Assembly: GCA_965199185.1 (NCBI GenBank)
Contig: CBDAQW010000004.1
Coordinates: 169,032-201,031, forward strand
Length of the DNA: 32,000 bases
Reading direction: 5' to 3'
DNA from: Endozoicomonas sp.
Lineage (GTDB): Bacteria; Pseudomonadota; Gammaproteobacteria; Pseudomonadales; Endozoicomonadaceae
Shown piece by piece: positions 20,140-30,020 of the stretch (its first letter is position 1; each line of letters begins with the position of its first letter). The notes under the pieces are model-generated. The model did no database searches, was not told the DNA's origin, and worked only from the letters and a program-made list of their open reading frames with translations. The position numbers and the translations under genes were made by a program.

Positions 20140-20170
20140 AGGTCGGCATGTCCTTCGGGCATAACGACCT
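20140..20170. terminator. Hairpin with TTCG loop between convergent genes
   Basis: AGGTCG-gc-ATGTCC-TTCG-GGCAT-aa-CGACCT. Confidence 0.55.
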
Positions 20171-20181
20171 AAGAATAAGGG

Positions 20182-21555
20182 TCAAATCGCTTCCAGCGCT
20201 TCCGAAAGCTTATTAATAGCAACAACCGTCAAACCATCAATCGGCTTACGAGGTTTGTTAGCCGCTGGTACAATCGCCCGCTTAAATCCATGTTTAGCCG
20301 CTTCAATCAAACGCTCCTGACCATTGGCAACCGGGCGAATCTCTCCAGCCAGACCAACCTCACCAAACGCAATAAGATCTTGTGGAAGCGGGTTATCCCG
20401 CAAGCTCGACACCACCGCCAGCAAACTGGCTAAATCTGCACTGGTTTCCGAGACTTTGACACCACCTACCACGTTCAGAAACACATCCTGATCGCTGGTG
20501 AATATGCCACCATGACGGGTAAGAATTGCCAGCAACATAGCGAGACGGTTCTGCTCAAGACCAACAGTCACACGACGAGGGTTTCCTAATTGAGACTCCA
20601 CAACCAACCCTTGTATTTCGACCAGCAAAGGGCGAGTGCCTTCCCAAAGCACTGAGATAATACTGCCGGAAGTTGGCTCTGGAGTACGAGACAGGAAAAT
20701 AGCCGAAGGGTTTTTAACTTCCTTCAAACCCGTTTCAGTCATGGCAAAAATACCCAGCTCATTCACCTGGCCAAAACGGTTTTTGGTCGCCCGCATCATT
20801 CGGAAACGGGAATCATCGGTATTCCCCAGCATCACCTGAGTATCGATAATATGTGAGAGTGTCATGGGGCCGGCGAGCGAGTTATCTTTGGTGACATGAC
20901 CAACAATCAGCAGAACGGTTCCAGTCTGTTTGGCAAATCGGGTCAGAAAAGCAGCGGACTCTTTCACCTGAGCCACACCACCGGGGGCAGCATCCACACC
21001 ATTCATGTACATCACCTGAATGGAGTCGATGACGATGATCCCCGGTTTTTCCTGTTCAGCCACGGCAACAATATTCTCAGCGGAGGTTTCTGCCAGCATT
21101 TTCAGGCGATCTGTGGGTAATTTTAATCGTTGTGCCCGGGCTGCAATCTGTTGCAGAGATTCCTCACCAGACACATAAAGTGCATTCATTTGCTGCGCCA
21201 CATGACAAAGCACCTGCAACAGAATAGTACTTTTACCCGCCCCCGGATGTCCGCCAATCAGCACAGCACTGCCTTTGACAAAACCGCCGCCCAGCACCCG
21301 GTCAAACTCGGTCATACCGCTGGAGAAGCGGGGCGCTTCTGCCACATCCACTTCATTTAGTGTTTGCAGCGACGACAGTGTGCCAGCAAAACCTGCCCGA
21401 TTGGTTGCCGCAACAGAAGGAGCAGACGCTGGGCCAAGATTCACTTCTTTGAAGGAATTCCAGGCTTTGCAGTCAGGGCATTGTCCTTGCCATTTTGCCG
21501 ACTCGCTGCCGCACTCTGTACAAACATAGGCTTTGCGGGATTTAGGTTTTGCCAT
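20182..21555 (-). CDS. radA: DNA repair protein RadA
   Basis: MAKPKSRKAYVCTECGSESAKWQGQCPDCKAWNSF zinc finger; GGHPGAGKSTILLQ Walker A; KNRFGQVNELGIFAMTETGL motif. Confidence 0.96.
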   Translation of the reverse strand: MAKPKSRKAYVCTECGSESAKWQGQCPDCKAWNSFKEVNLGPASAPSVAATNRAGFAGTLSSLQTLNEVDVAEAPRFSSGMTEFDRVLGGGFVKGSAVLIGGHPGAGKSTILLQVLCHVAQQMNALYVSGEESLQQIAARAQRLKLPTDRLKMLAETSAENIVAVAEQEKPGIIVIDSIQVMYMNGVDAAPGGVAQVKESAAFLTRFAKQTGTVLLIVGHVTKDNSLAGPMTLSHIIDTQVMLGNTDDSRFRMMRATKNRFGQVNELGIFAMTETGLKEVKNPSAIFLSRTPEPTSGSIISVLWEGTRPLLVEIQGLVVESQLGNPRRVTVGLEQNRLAMLLAILTRHGGIFTSDQDVFLNVVGGVKVSETSADLASLLAVVSSLRDNPLPQDLIAFGEVGLAGEIRPVANGQERLIEAAKHGFKRAIVPAANKPRKPIDGLTVVAINKLSEALEAI

Positions 21556-21586
21556 GAAAGCGTCCGTGTGTAAAAAAACCTTCAGT

Positions 21587-24500
21587 TTACCCTTTCAGCT
21601 TGTGCAGTAATACCTGCACCGGGTGCGGAATCGCTTCGGCGCTGAAGCGTTTCGCCTGACTGCGGCAGGAGTAGCCGGTGGCAACCAGCTTGCCTTTATT
21701 TTCCGGGTTATCCACAACTGCCTTCCAACTCATGTCATAGAGTTTTCTGGAAACGGTTTGATTGCGGCTTTCATGACCGTAAATCCCCGCCATACCGCAA
21801 CAGCCGGTAGGCTGATAAACAAGATTCAAGCCGGTGGCGGCAAACAGTTTTTGCCACTGCGAAGGTGCAGAAGGCACATTGGTGGTTTCAGTACAATGCC
21901 CTAGCAGCGTGTAATCACCGTCAAGATTAAGCTGCAGTTGGCTGATAGCTGGCAATTGTCGTTCAAACCATTCGGATAGCAGCAACACTTCCGGTGCGTC
22001 ATCCCCCATCACCTCATGATATTCATCCCGGTAAGTCAGCGTTACTGCGGCATCAATACCCATCAGGCTGACACCGGAATCCGCCAGCTCTTTCAACTCA
22101 TAACCATTGGTTCTGGCGACTTTTTCAAAGCGACCGAGGAAACCATAAACGTGCAGGACTTTACCATTGGGTTGATAAGGCGTTACCAGAGGTCTATAGC
22201 CGAGCCGGATCAGCAATTCAACCAGATCAGTCAGCACTGGTGTTTCAAAGAAACTGGTGAAAGCATCCTGAACAATAATAACGGTTTTATCGAGTTCTGA
22301 TGTTGGAATGCTGTCCAACAATGAGGGTGAAGCCAACAAGGCTCCTTTACGACAACTGTCTTCAGTCGGAGAAGTACTGGTGATGGCCGGTAATTGAGTT
22401 AATCCTACGGTGGCACTGGCTAGTTTGTTGGTCAGCTTCCAACCGGTTACCAGATTATAAGCTGGTTTGATTTTTGCCAGCCAGGGTAGCATGGGTTCCA
22501 GCAAACCTGCCACATGATGTTTGACCGGACGAGGGTAACGACCGTGGTAGAGTTCAAAGAAACGAGAGCGCAGGTCAGGTACATTCACCTGAATCGGGCA
22601 TTGCCCGGCGCAGGATTTACAACTCATGCAGTTATCCAGCGCACTGTAAACATCGTGGCTAAAGTCCTCTTCACCACGCCACTTGTTAACTACATTCACC
22701 AGCTTCTTACTGGCATCTGAGACTATATTCTGCTGATAACGAATGCGGTTAATTTCCTGTGGAATATCAGCGCCGGCAGCCGTTTGTAATTTTAACCATT
22801 CACGTACCAGCCCTGAGCGCCCTTTGGGGGATTGGATGCGATCATATGTCGCCTTCCAGGTCGGACACATGGCGCTGTTAGGGCTGTAATTAAAGCAGGC
22901 ACCGTTGCCGTTGCAGTACATACCGGCACTGAATACTTCAAAGGCATTGCGCTCAATGGTTCGGTCTGCCTGACCTCTGGTCGGAACACCATCGATCTTG
23001 AGGAGCGGAATGTCATCATTAGCCGGTGTCGCCAGCTTGCCCGGATTCAATTGATTGTAAGGATCAAAAGCCTGCTTGATTTTCTGCAAAGCGGGATACA
23101 GTTCCGCAAAAAAAGCCGGAGAATATTCCGAGCGAACACCTTTGCCGTGTTCGCCCCAGAGTACGCCGCCATGTTGTTGTGCTAGCGCTGCCACTTCATC
23201 AGAGATAGAACGAACCAGCGTTTCCTGTTCCGGGTCTTTCATATCGATGGCAGGGCGAACATGCAGAACACCGGCATCCACATGACCAAACATGCCATAA
23301 CTGAGTTGGTGGCGATCGAGCAAAGCACGGAAAGCTTTGATAAAGTCAGCGAGATTTTCTGGCGGCACCGCTACATCTTCCACAAATGGAATGGGGCGAG
23401 CGTCGCCTTCCATATTACCCAGCAAACCAACCGCTTGTTTGCGCATCGCCCAGATTTTTTTCACATTGGCAGAACCCATCACCACATGATGACCTGCCCG
23501 TTGGACGGTTGCCGGTTTTTCCAGTTGGGATACTAGCCTTTGAATACCAACTTGCAATTCTTCTGAATCGCCGGTAAATTCAACAAAATTAATACCGTCG
23601 ATATTACTGCTGTTTTCCGGAAAAAAGTCTTTCACGCTCTGCCAGATACTATCGGATTTCGCCAGATTCAACACCCGTGAATCAATGGTCTCAATGGAGC
23701 CGGGTTCTGCCGCCATTAACGATTGAGCATCCTGCAGAGATTCCTGAAAACTCTTGTAGAAAACCAGCACCAGAGCAGAGGTTTTTGGAATAGGCAGCAA
23801 GTTAACCTTGATCTCACTGACCATTGCCAGCGTCCCTTCAGAACCACAGAGAATGGCATTGAGATCAAACCTGCCGTCGTCTTTTATAATATTAGCGAGG
23901 TCATAGCCAGTAAGGTTGCGATTGAGTTTTGGGAAAATGCGCTCAACCTGTTCGTGATGGTTCTGGTGAATCTCACGAACGGTTTTATAAATAGCGCCTT
24001 CCCGGTCAGAACGCTGGCACAAGACTTCAAGTGTCTCGGTTTCAACCGGTGATGACGTACAAATAGAACCATCTGCCAGCACAGATGTCAGTTCCAGAAC
24101 ATGATGACGGGTTTTGCCATAAACCACAGAGCCTTGTCCGGAAGCATCGGTGTTCACCATTCCGCCAACAGTTGCCCGATTGCTGGTGGATAACTCGGGG
24201 GCAAAAAACAACCCATTTTTTGCTGCCTGTTCATTCAGCAGGTCTTTCACCGTTCCTGCCTGCACCCGCGCCCAGCGTTCTTCCACGTTGATCTCAAGAA
24301 CTTTGTTCATATAACGACTGGTATCTACCATAAAACCAGACGTCAATGACTGACCATTAGTGCCTGTACCGCCGCCCCGGGGTGACAGAACGATGGTTTG
24401 AAACTCAGGCTCATGGGCTGTGGATAAAATCAGACTGAGATCACCCGTGGATGACGGGTAAAGAACACCCTGTGGTAATACCTGATAAATAGAGTTATCG

Positions 24501-24625
24501 GTGGCCAGTACCATCCGGTCGGCATAACCCAGTTCTATGTCGCCGTTGAATCCTTTGCCGGACAGTTGTTCGGCAAACTGATGGTATAGATGTTCGGCTG
24601 TCTGCTGGCTTAACTGGCTTATCAC
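21587..24625 (-). CDS. ydiJ: FAD-binding / 4Fe-4S oxidoreductase (YdiJ-like, GlcD-GlpC fusion)
   Basis: 1012 aa: FAD-binding 4 domain (LSPRGGGTGTNGQSLTSGFMVDTSRYMNKV), HGKGVRSEYSPAFF, then ferredoxin-type CMSCKSCAGQCPIQV and a CCxxxG-type C-terminal domain (TGCCGMAGIYGHE). Confidence 0.9.
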   Translation of the reverse strand: MISQLSQQTAEHLYHQFAEQLSGKGFNGDIELGYADRMVLATDNSIYQVLPQGVLYPSSTGDLSLILSTAHEPEFQTIVLSPRGGGTGTNGQSLTSGFMVDTSRYMNKVLEINVEERWARVQAGTVKDLLNEQAAKNGLFFAPELSTSNRATVGGMVNTDASGQGSVVYGKTRHHVLELTSVLADGSICTSSPVETETLEVLCQRSDREGAIYKTVREIHQNHHEQVERIFPKLNRNLTGYDLANIIKDDGRFDLNAILCGSEGTLAMVSEIKVNLLPIPKTSALVLVFYKSFQESLQDAQSLMAAEPGSIETIDSRVLNLAKSDSIWQSVKDFFPENSSNIDGINFVEFTGDSEELQVGIQRLVSQLEKPATVQRAGHHVVMGSANVKKIWAMRKQAVGLLGNMEGDARPIPFVEDVAVPPENLADFIKAFRALLDRHQLSYGMFGHVDAGVLHVRPAIDMKDPEQETLVRSISDEVAALAQQHGGVLWGEHGKGVRSEYSPAFFAELYPALQKIKQAFDPYNQLNPGKLATPANDDIPLLKIDGVPTRGQADRTIERNAFEVFSAGMYCNGNGACFNYSPNSAMCPTWKATYDRIQSPKGRSGLVREWLKLQTAAGADIPQEINRIRYQQNIVSDASKKLVNVVNKWRGEEDFSHDVYSALDNCMSCKSCAGQCPIQVNVPDLRSRFFELYHGRYPRPVKHHVAGLLEPMLPWLAKIKPAYNLVTGWKLTNKLASATVGLTQLPAITSTSPTEDSCRKGALLASPSLLDSIPTSELDKTVIIVQDAFTSFFETPVLTDLVELLIRLGYRPLVTPYQPNGKVLHVYGFLGRFEKVARTNGYELKELADSGVSLMGIDAAVTLTYRDEYHEVMGDDAPEVLLLSEWFERQLPAISQLQLNLDGDYTLLGHCTETTNVPSAPSQWQKLFAATGLNLVYQPTGCCGMAGIYGHESRNQTVSRKLYDMSWKAVVDNPENKGKLVATGYSCRSQAKRFSAEAIPHPVQVLLHKLKG

Positions 24626-24934
24626 GGCGTGCTTCCCCTCAACATCTCGTTATTGCGAGGTATTGTACGTAATTTTGTCTTGGCTATGGGATTTTGTTTT
24701 GGTTTTTTCGTCTACTTTATAGCAGGCTCTATTAACCTGCTCAAATGACCAATAAACCAGGATAAATCTTATATGATTAGCTACGTATCATTTAATCTGT
24801 TTAGCGGGAGCCTCAAGAGATAAATATTGAATTACTCGAAATACTCAACTTAAGTCATAACAATAAAGGGAAGAACAGATGTAATAAACACTGTTTTTGA
24901 CGCCTGTATTAATTAAGCAGTTGCAGAGGAAGTA

Positions 24935-26305
24935 ATGCGTCAGTTTATTGTTATTTCATTATTGTGGTTTTCTACCTGCGTTTTTGGAACGCAGGAACAT
25001 GGGAAGAAAAACTGGATTAGCTGGCTGGTGAGTCTGACCGAACAGGGAATCGATGTTTCTCCCCAGCACTGGCAGATATTGGCAGGCAATCCATCCAGTC
25101 AACAAGTTGAATCGATTGTTCTTAAATACGCCCTTTATCTCGATGCCGGAAGGCTCGACAAAAAATATTATCAACCCGGTTGGGCGATTCCTGACATACT
25201 CTCCACTCCAGCTCCGAACCTTTCTCCGGGTACATTGCAAAGGCTTCAGCCTGACATTCCTCAATACGCTGCACTGGTTCAGGCACTGGCGGTTTTAAAG
25301 GAATGGCGTGACAGTGCCGACGAGCATTTCCCCAATGATTTGATTCTTTTTGAAGGCGATCAGCATCCGGCGGTGGCAAGGTTGAATCAGTGGCTGGCAG
25401 ATCTTGATCTGGCTCATGGGCTTCCGGACGAAGCGTACTCACAACACCACAAAGATATACTGACCGAGGTACAACTGAAATATGACCTTAGTCCAGATGG
25501 CAGGCTGGGCGCACTCACCCGCCAGGCATTGCTTGCTATTAACCTTCATCGAATCAGAACCATCAAAGCGAATTTGGAACGTTTGCGCTGGCTGCCTAAA
25601 AAACTGCCTTACCCACATATTTTTGTTGATATTGCCGGTTTCAATGTGGCTCATGTTAAGAACAAAAATCAAACCGACATTTATAAGGCAATCATTGGCT
25701 CAAGTCGTAAACAGACGCCCATTTTTCAGAATGAAGTGGAAAGCATCACCGTCAATCCTATCTGGAAAGTCCCCCACGGGATTGCTGCCAGAAGCCTGTT
25801 GAAAGAGGAAAAAAAACATCCCGGTTTCTTTCGCAAAGAAGGGTTTCGAATATACACAAGCTGGGATGACAACGCGCCGGAAGTTGAGCCAGAATCGGCG
25901 AACTGGAAGGCGTTCAATGTTGGTAGCTTCAGGCATCGTCTGGAGCAAGAGCCCGGCCCTTTAAATCGCCTTGGTAAACTAAAGCTGAATTTACCGAATG
26001 CCTATGGTATTTACCTGCATGGTACGGATAAGCCTGAACTGTTTGAGAAAACCAAAAGAGCGTTAAGTTCCGGTTGTACCCGTGTGGAAGGGATTGACTA
26101 TCTTGCGGGGAATATCGCTTTAGAACAGGGTGTTGCAGTACTTTTTGAGGAAGCAATGAAATCGGATGCAACACAAAAAATCGAATTGAATAGCTACATA
26201 CCCATCTACTTCATGTACTTTACTGCCTGGCCAGACAGTAGTGGCAAGGTGCGATTCCGTGAAGATATTTACAAACTCGATAACGCGCTGACAAGCTGGT
26301 TTTGA
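24935..26305 (+). CDS. Murein L,D-transpeptidase (YcbB/LdtD-like) with signal peptide
   Basis: YGIYLHGTDKPELFEKTKRALSSGCTRVEG catalytic motif; PG-binding-like LSPDGRLGALTRQALLAIN; N-terminal hydrophobic leader. Confidence 0.88.
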   Translation: MRQFIVISLLWFSTCVFGTQEHGKKNWISWLVSLTEQGIDVSPQHWQILAGNPSSQQVESIVLKYALYLDAGRLDKKYYQPGWAIPDILSTPAPNLSPGTLQRLQPDIPQYAALVQALAVLKEWRDSADEHFPNDLILFEGDQHPAVARLNQWLADLDLAHGLPDEAYSQHHKDILTEVQLKYDLSPDGRLGALTRQALLAINLHRIRTIKANLERLRWLPKKLPYPHIFVDIAGFNVAHVKNKNQTDIYKAIIGSSRKQTPIFQNEVESITVNPIWKVPHGIAARSLLKEEKKHPGFFRKEGFRIYTSWDDNAPEVEPESANWKAFNVGSFRHRLEQEPGPLNRLGKLKLNLPNAYGIYLHGTDKPELFEKTKRALSSGCTRVEGIDYLAGNIALEQGVAVLFEEAMKSDATQKIELNSYIPIYFMYFTAWPDSSGKVRFREDIYKLDNALTSWF

Positions 26306-26403
26306 AGATTTGGTTCCCTCTGCAAACAAGGTAGAGAAACAATTCGCAGAAGAGTGTCTATACTAACAATCCTTTTAGTAGACATTTATAAATGTTATAG
26401 CCA

Positions 26404-27924
26404 ATGACGCAAAATAAACGCTTTCTTTCTCTATTTCTGGTTTTTTTCTCGATTTCGAGCTTCGCAGGAGTCGATGTCTTCCGATCATCATCAGGCATCG
26501 GTGGCCTTACCTCCTCCCCACTCATAAGAGACTCAATACCTGGTGCTCTTCAGCTTGTTACCGGGTACTTAACTCTTCAGTTTCTTTTCAACCAAATAAC
26601 TAAGCCGTCAGCGAGTATCAATACGAACAAACGACCTGATCAATGGCTATATGCATTAACTCAAGCTCCACTCAATGTACAAAGCAACAGCGTTACACCT
26701 TTATCGGGAACAAAATGCCAACGCATAGTCAGTAACTCAGATCAACCACAATACCAATGTTTTGATGAACACCATAATCTCACAGCCATCAGGGTTGACT
26801 CTAATCCAGATAATGCTGCGATGATGTTTTACGACACACCACCAACTGTTTTTTTTATCAGCGAACGTCTTTTTCAACACCCTCATGAGATTGCCAAAGA
26901 AATCGTCAATCAATCAAAACGTCAACAATCAATCAGAGTAGAAGCAGAACAAAGGGAAAGTTGGTATAAGCTGAACATTCTTGAAGAAGATGATGAAAAA
27001 CGAACGCTCTCCCTTCAGAAAATACATGGGCTGACCGCCGAAGAGCTTGAAAACAGGAAAGCATTACTGTTTAGAGACGAAGAAGGCTCTAATGAAGAGT
27101 CCATCGATCTCTTTGACATTTCACCTGTCCAAGTCCAAAACGAACTATTGACACCCATCGACACCAGCTTCTGTTCTGCAGAATCAAAAGCGGCCTGCAA
27201 CGAGGTGATGACCCATATTGTCCACTATGGAAACACTTTACCAGCAGATAATAGCGATTCTGAAAGTTCTGAAAGTTCTGAAAGTTCTGAAAGTTCTGAA
27301 AGTTCTGAAAGTTCTGAAAGTTCTGAAAGTTCTGAAAGTTCTGATAATAATGCAGACACAGGCCAATTCCCAGGAACAAGTTATACAACAACGACTGAGC
27401 CGGATGGCAGTATTCACAGAATATTTCATGGACCTGTAACAGGTAGCAGCATGCATTTTGGTATTGGCCGCATCTATCGCAATGGAGAGGAAGACCTTAG
27501 TGCGCCTCATTTTGGTATTCGACCAGAGTCCACCAGCCAAAGGCGTAGGGATGAGCGACCAGAGTCTTCTAATCAAAAGCGAAGGAGTAAGCGATCAAAG
27601 CCTTCTAACCAAAGGAGGGGTAATCAAGCAGCATCGTCTACAGCTGCAACTAACTCAGTCACAACTATGATTGGTGGGCAGATGAATGCGGGCACGGTCG
27701 TTACTGGTTTTGCTGACATTGTTAATGGCGTTGTTGTGCCAAGGCGACCTAATAATTCTCCCTCCTCATCGCATCAGAGAAACATTGTGAGTACAAATAT
27801 GCACCTAACATCATCACAGATAAGTACTCTTTATTTAGGTGAGGAAGGTGAGCATTCCTCTACACAATTCACCGCCGAATCCTGTGACATTCAAGACCTG
27901 ATTGTGCCTGATCACTTTGAATAG
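26404..27924 (+). CDS. Hypothetical secreted protein with an (ESS)n low-complexity tract
   Basis: Signal peptide MTQNKRFLSLFLVFFSISSFA; 506 aa; tandem ESS repeat; basic region SNQKRRSKRSKPSNQRRGNQ. Confidence 0.7.
   Translation: MTQNKRFLSLFLVFFSISSFAGVDVFRSSSGIGGLTSSPLIRDSIPGALQLVTGYLTLQFLFNQITKPSASINTNKRPDQWLYALTQAPLNVQSNSVTPLSGTKCQRIVSNSDQPQYQCFDEHHNLTAIRVDSNPDNAAMMFYDTPPTVFFISERLFQHPHEIAKEIVNQSKRQQSIRVEAEQRESWYKLNILEEDDEKRTLSLQKIHGLTAEELENRKALLFRDEEGSNEESIDLFDISPVQVQNELLTPIDTSFCSAESKAACNEVMTHIVHYGNTLPADNSDSESSESSESSESSESSESSESSESSESSDNNADTGQFPGTSYTTTTEPDGSIHRIFHGPVTGSSMHFGIGRIYRNGEEDLSAPHFGIRPESTSQRRRDERPESSNQKRRSKRSKPSNQRRGNQAASSTAATNSVTTMIGGQMNAGTVVTGFADIVNGVVVPRRPNNSPSSSHQRNIVSTNMHLTSSQISTLYLGEEGEHSSTQFTAESCDIQDLIVPDHFE
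27262..27342 (+). repeat. Perfect 9-bp tandem repeat (GAAAGTTCT) x 9
   Basis: Counted directly from 27262 to 27342 (81 bp). Confidence 0.93.
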
Positions 27925-27965
27925 TCTGCCTGGTTAAATGAAGAGTTAAAAAGAGTTCATCATTA

Positions 27966-28127
27966 AGAAGCTGTTCATGATCTTTTGTAGATAGCGAAAA
28001 TGACGAGCAATCGTCTCTGAATAACGATCTCATAAGGCGCATAGTGGTGCTATGTAACGAATGAGACCGTTATTCAGAGACTGCTTATCGGCATTTGCAG
28101 CCTACAACAAGATCATGAACAGCTTCT
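27966..28127. repeat. Nested palindromic repeat element (different family)
   Basis: Outer 19-bp perfect inverted repeat AGAAGCTGTTCATGATCTT (27966-27984) / AAGATCATGAACAGCTTCT (28109-28127). Inner GTCTCTGAATAACG (28013-28026) / CGTTATTCAGAGAC (28068-28081), continuing TCTCAT/ATGAGA and CATAG/CTATG. Confidence 0.85.
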
Positions 28128-28222
28128 AAGGATGATAACGCTTCCAGAACCAAAAGATGATAAGATATGCTGGATTGAGCAAATGCTTCTTGATAATCCG
28201 GGGGGTTAGTGGAGTCTTGAAG

Positions 28223-28777
28223 ATGGGGAAAAAGACGAACGATATTAACCATTCAGGCAGGAATAACATTGTGAATTATTTACTGATTGAATCGCCTCTT
28301 GGAACCTTATTGTTACTCAGTGATGGCAAAAATCTAAAACAACTTTCGTTTATTACGGATATTGATGATTTTAAAGCCCAGCCCGGATGGAAAAGAAGTA
28401 ATGATGCAGTACTTGATGCAGTCCATGATCAGTTAACCGAATGGTTTTCAGGCAAACGGCAAGTATTTGATCTGCCATTGTCGCCTGATGGAACTGAATT
28501 TCAGAAAACAGCCTGGTCGCAATTACAGAAAATCCCTTACGGGACTACCTGTACATACGGCGAGCAGGCGAAAGCCATTAATAAACCGACTGCTGTAAGA
28601 GCCATTGGTGCAGCCAATGGTCAAAATCCTATCGCTCTGATTATCCCGTGTCATCGGGTGGTTGGTGCCGATGGGTCCATGACCGGATATGCATTCGGCA
28701 CGAATATTAAACAAAAACTGCTGGCCTTTGAGGCAAAGCATCTGGCCAGGGCAACATCGCCTGAATCAACACCTTGA
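28223..28777 (+). CDS. ogt: Methylated-DNA--protein-cysteine methyltransferase
   Basis: FQKTAWSQLQKIPYGTTCTYGEQAKAINKPTAVRAIGAANGQNPIALIIPCHRVVGADGSMTGYAFG contains the PCHRV active site. Start 28223 preferred over 28157. Confidence 0.92.
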   Translation: MGKKTNDINHSGRNNIVNYLLIESPLGTLLLLSDGKNLKQLSFITDIDDFKAQPGWKRSNDAVLDAVHDQLTEWFSGKRQVFDLPLSPDGTEFQKTAWSQLQKIPYGTTCTYGEQAKAINKPTAVRAIGAANGQNPIALIIPCHRVVGADGSMTGYAFGTNIKQKLLAFEAKHLARATSPESTP

Positions 28778-28801
28778 TTCGTTACACTACCCGGGGGAAC
28801 C

Positions 28802-29464
28802 ATGAGTCAAAAGCCAAAAGAAGTAATGGCTGACTTTCAGTTTTTTTGTGAATTCTTCTATCGTGCATTGCACGAAACACCGGATGCAGAATTTCTTGAA
28901 CAGGTAAGTCATTTGCCACTAGAGGAAATCTGGTCTTCCGATCATGTCAATGCCGATATAGAAGCAGGTTTGAAACTGCTAAAGAATGATTTGTCTGGCA
29001 CTGATATTGAAGCCTTGTCACAAGATTATGCGCAACTCTTCATTGGTCCGGAAAAACTGGGTGCCGCACCCTGGGGGTCCGTTTATTTAACGGAAGAACA
29101 AACTATTTGTGGTGATTCAACGCTGGCAGTAAAAGCATTTTACCGGGAAGCGGGTCTTGAGTTAGATACGGGAGCCAATGAGCCTGAAGACCATCTGGGT
29201 TTGATGTTTGCTTTTCTGGGGCAACAATTCTCCAATCTGTTTGATGCGATCGAGCAGAACCAACAGCCTGATCAGGTATTGAGCAGGGTCAGCAACTTCC
29301 TAACGCATCATGTACTGACCTGGGCACCTCGTTTTCTGGATGTTCTCCATCAGAATGCCGGCACCGATTTCTATCGGGGGCTGGCACTGTTAATCAAAGG
29401 AAGCCTGCAACCAATGGCGAGCAGCACCGGCGCGAATTATAAGGTAGTCAGGCTCTATCGCTGA
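28802..29464 (+). CDS. TorD/DmsD-family molybdoenzyme chaperone
   Basis: DYAQLFIGPEKLGAAPWGSVYLTEEQTICGDSTLAVKAFYREAGLELDTGANEPEDHLGLMFAFLGQ, typical of the TorD family. Confidence 0.87.
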   Translation: MSQKPKEVMADFQFFCEFFYRALHETPDAEFLEQVSHLPLEEIWSSDHVNADIEAGLKLLKNDLSGTDIEALSQDYAQLFIGPEKLGAAPWGSVYLTEEQTICGDSTLAVKAFYREAGLELDTGANEPEDHLGLMFAFLGQQFSNLFDAIEQNQQPDQVLSRVSNFLTHHVLTWAPRFLDVLHQNAGTDFYRGLALLIKGSLQPMASSTGANYKVVRLYR

Positions 29465-29982
29465 TGCAAAATGAGAGTGTAGTGTCACCAGGGCGTCGGG
29501 CATTCTTCCGGCGTCTGGCAAAACCTGAAGTGGTAAAACTGCCTGAATCCAACTACCCACGCCCTCCCTGGGCTCAGGGTAATCGCGCATTTTTATCATT
29601 ATGTGACCGTTGTGGTTTATGTATTGATCATTGCCCACAGAGAGTGCTAAGAAAATCGGAAGAGCGTCTGCCGGTATTGCAGGCATTGCCGGTTTTATCG
29701 CTGGATTATGGCAGCTGTAATTATTGCGGTGAATGTGTTGATCAATGTTCTACCGGCGCACTGAGTCGAGAAAAGGGAAAAAAGGTTCAAACTCAGGCCA
29801 GATTAACCGGAAATTGCCAAAGAGCCTTCGATCCTCATTGCGATCTTTGTACGGATGCCTGCTTGGAAAGGGCGATTGAGTTGCAATCTAAAGGTATTTC
29901 TATTGATCAGGGAAAATGTACTGGTTGTGGAGAGTGTTCTCTTGATTGCTATAACAAGGCCATTTCAATAGTGAAATGTTAA
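29464..29982 (+). CDS. napF: Ferredoxin-type protein NapF
   Basis: GRRAFFRRLAK; three 4Fe-4S motifs (CDRCGLCIDHCP, CNYCGECVDQCSTGAL, CTGCGECSLDCYNKAI). Start codon overlaps the torD-like stop by 1 nt. Confidence 0.9.
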   Translation: MQNESVVSPGRRAFFRRLAKPEVVKLPESNYPRPPWAQGNRAFLSLCDRCGLCIDHCPQRVLRKSEERLPVLQALPVLSLDYGSCNYCGECVDQCSTGALSREKGKKVQTQARLTGNCQRAFDPHCDLCTDACLERAIELQSKGISIDQGKCTGCGECSLDCYNKAISIVKC

Positions 29983-29983
29983 T

Positions 29984-30005
29984 AGCTTGCCCCTGAGGGC
30001 AAGCT
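29984..30005. terminator. Hairpin between convergent napF and glgP
   Basis: AGCTTGCCC-CTGA-GGGCAAGCT perfect 9-bp stem, no U tract. Confidence 0.5.
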
Positions 30006-30020
30006 AGCAGGCTAACGGCT

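Noticed and set aside
20636-23577. Many antisense ORFs over radA and the ydiJ-like gene
   Set aside because: They are shadow ORFs opposite strongly supported coding sequences.
27262-27342. Regular short repeats, considered as CRISPR or another spaced array
   Set aside because: The 9-bp units are directly contiguous with no spacers and lie in frame inside a long ORF; this is a coding tandem repeat.
29464-29686. Antisense 98-aa ORF (29390..29686) over the torD/napF junction
   Set aside because: Lies opposite two well-supported genes and has no recognisable features.
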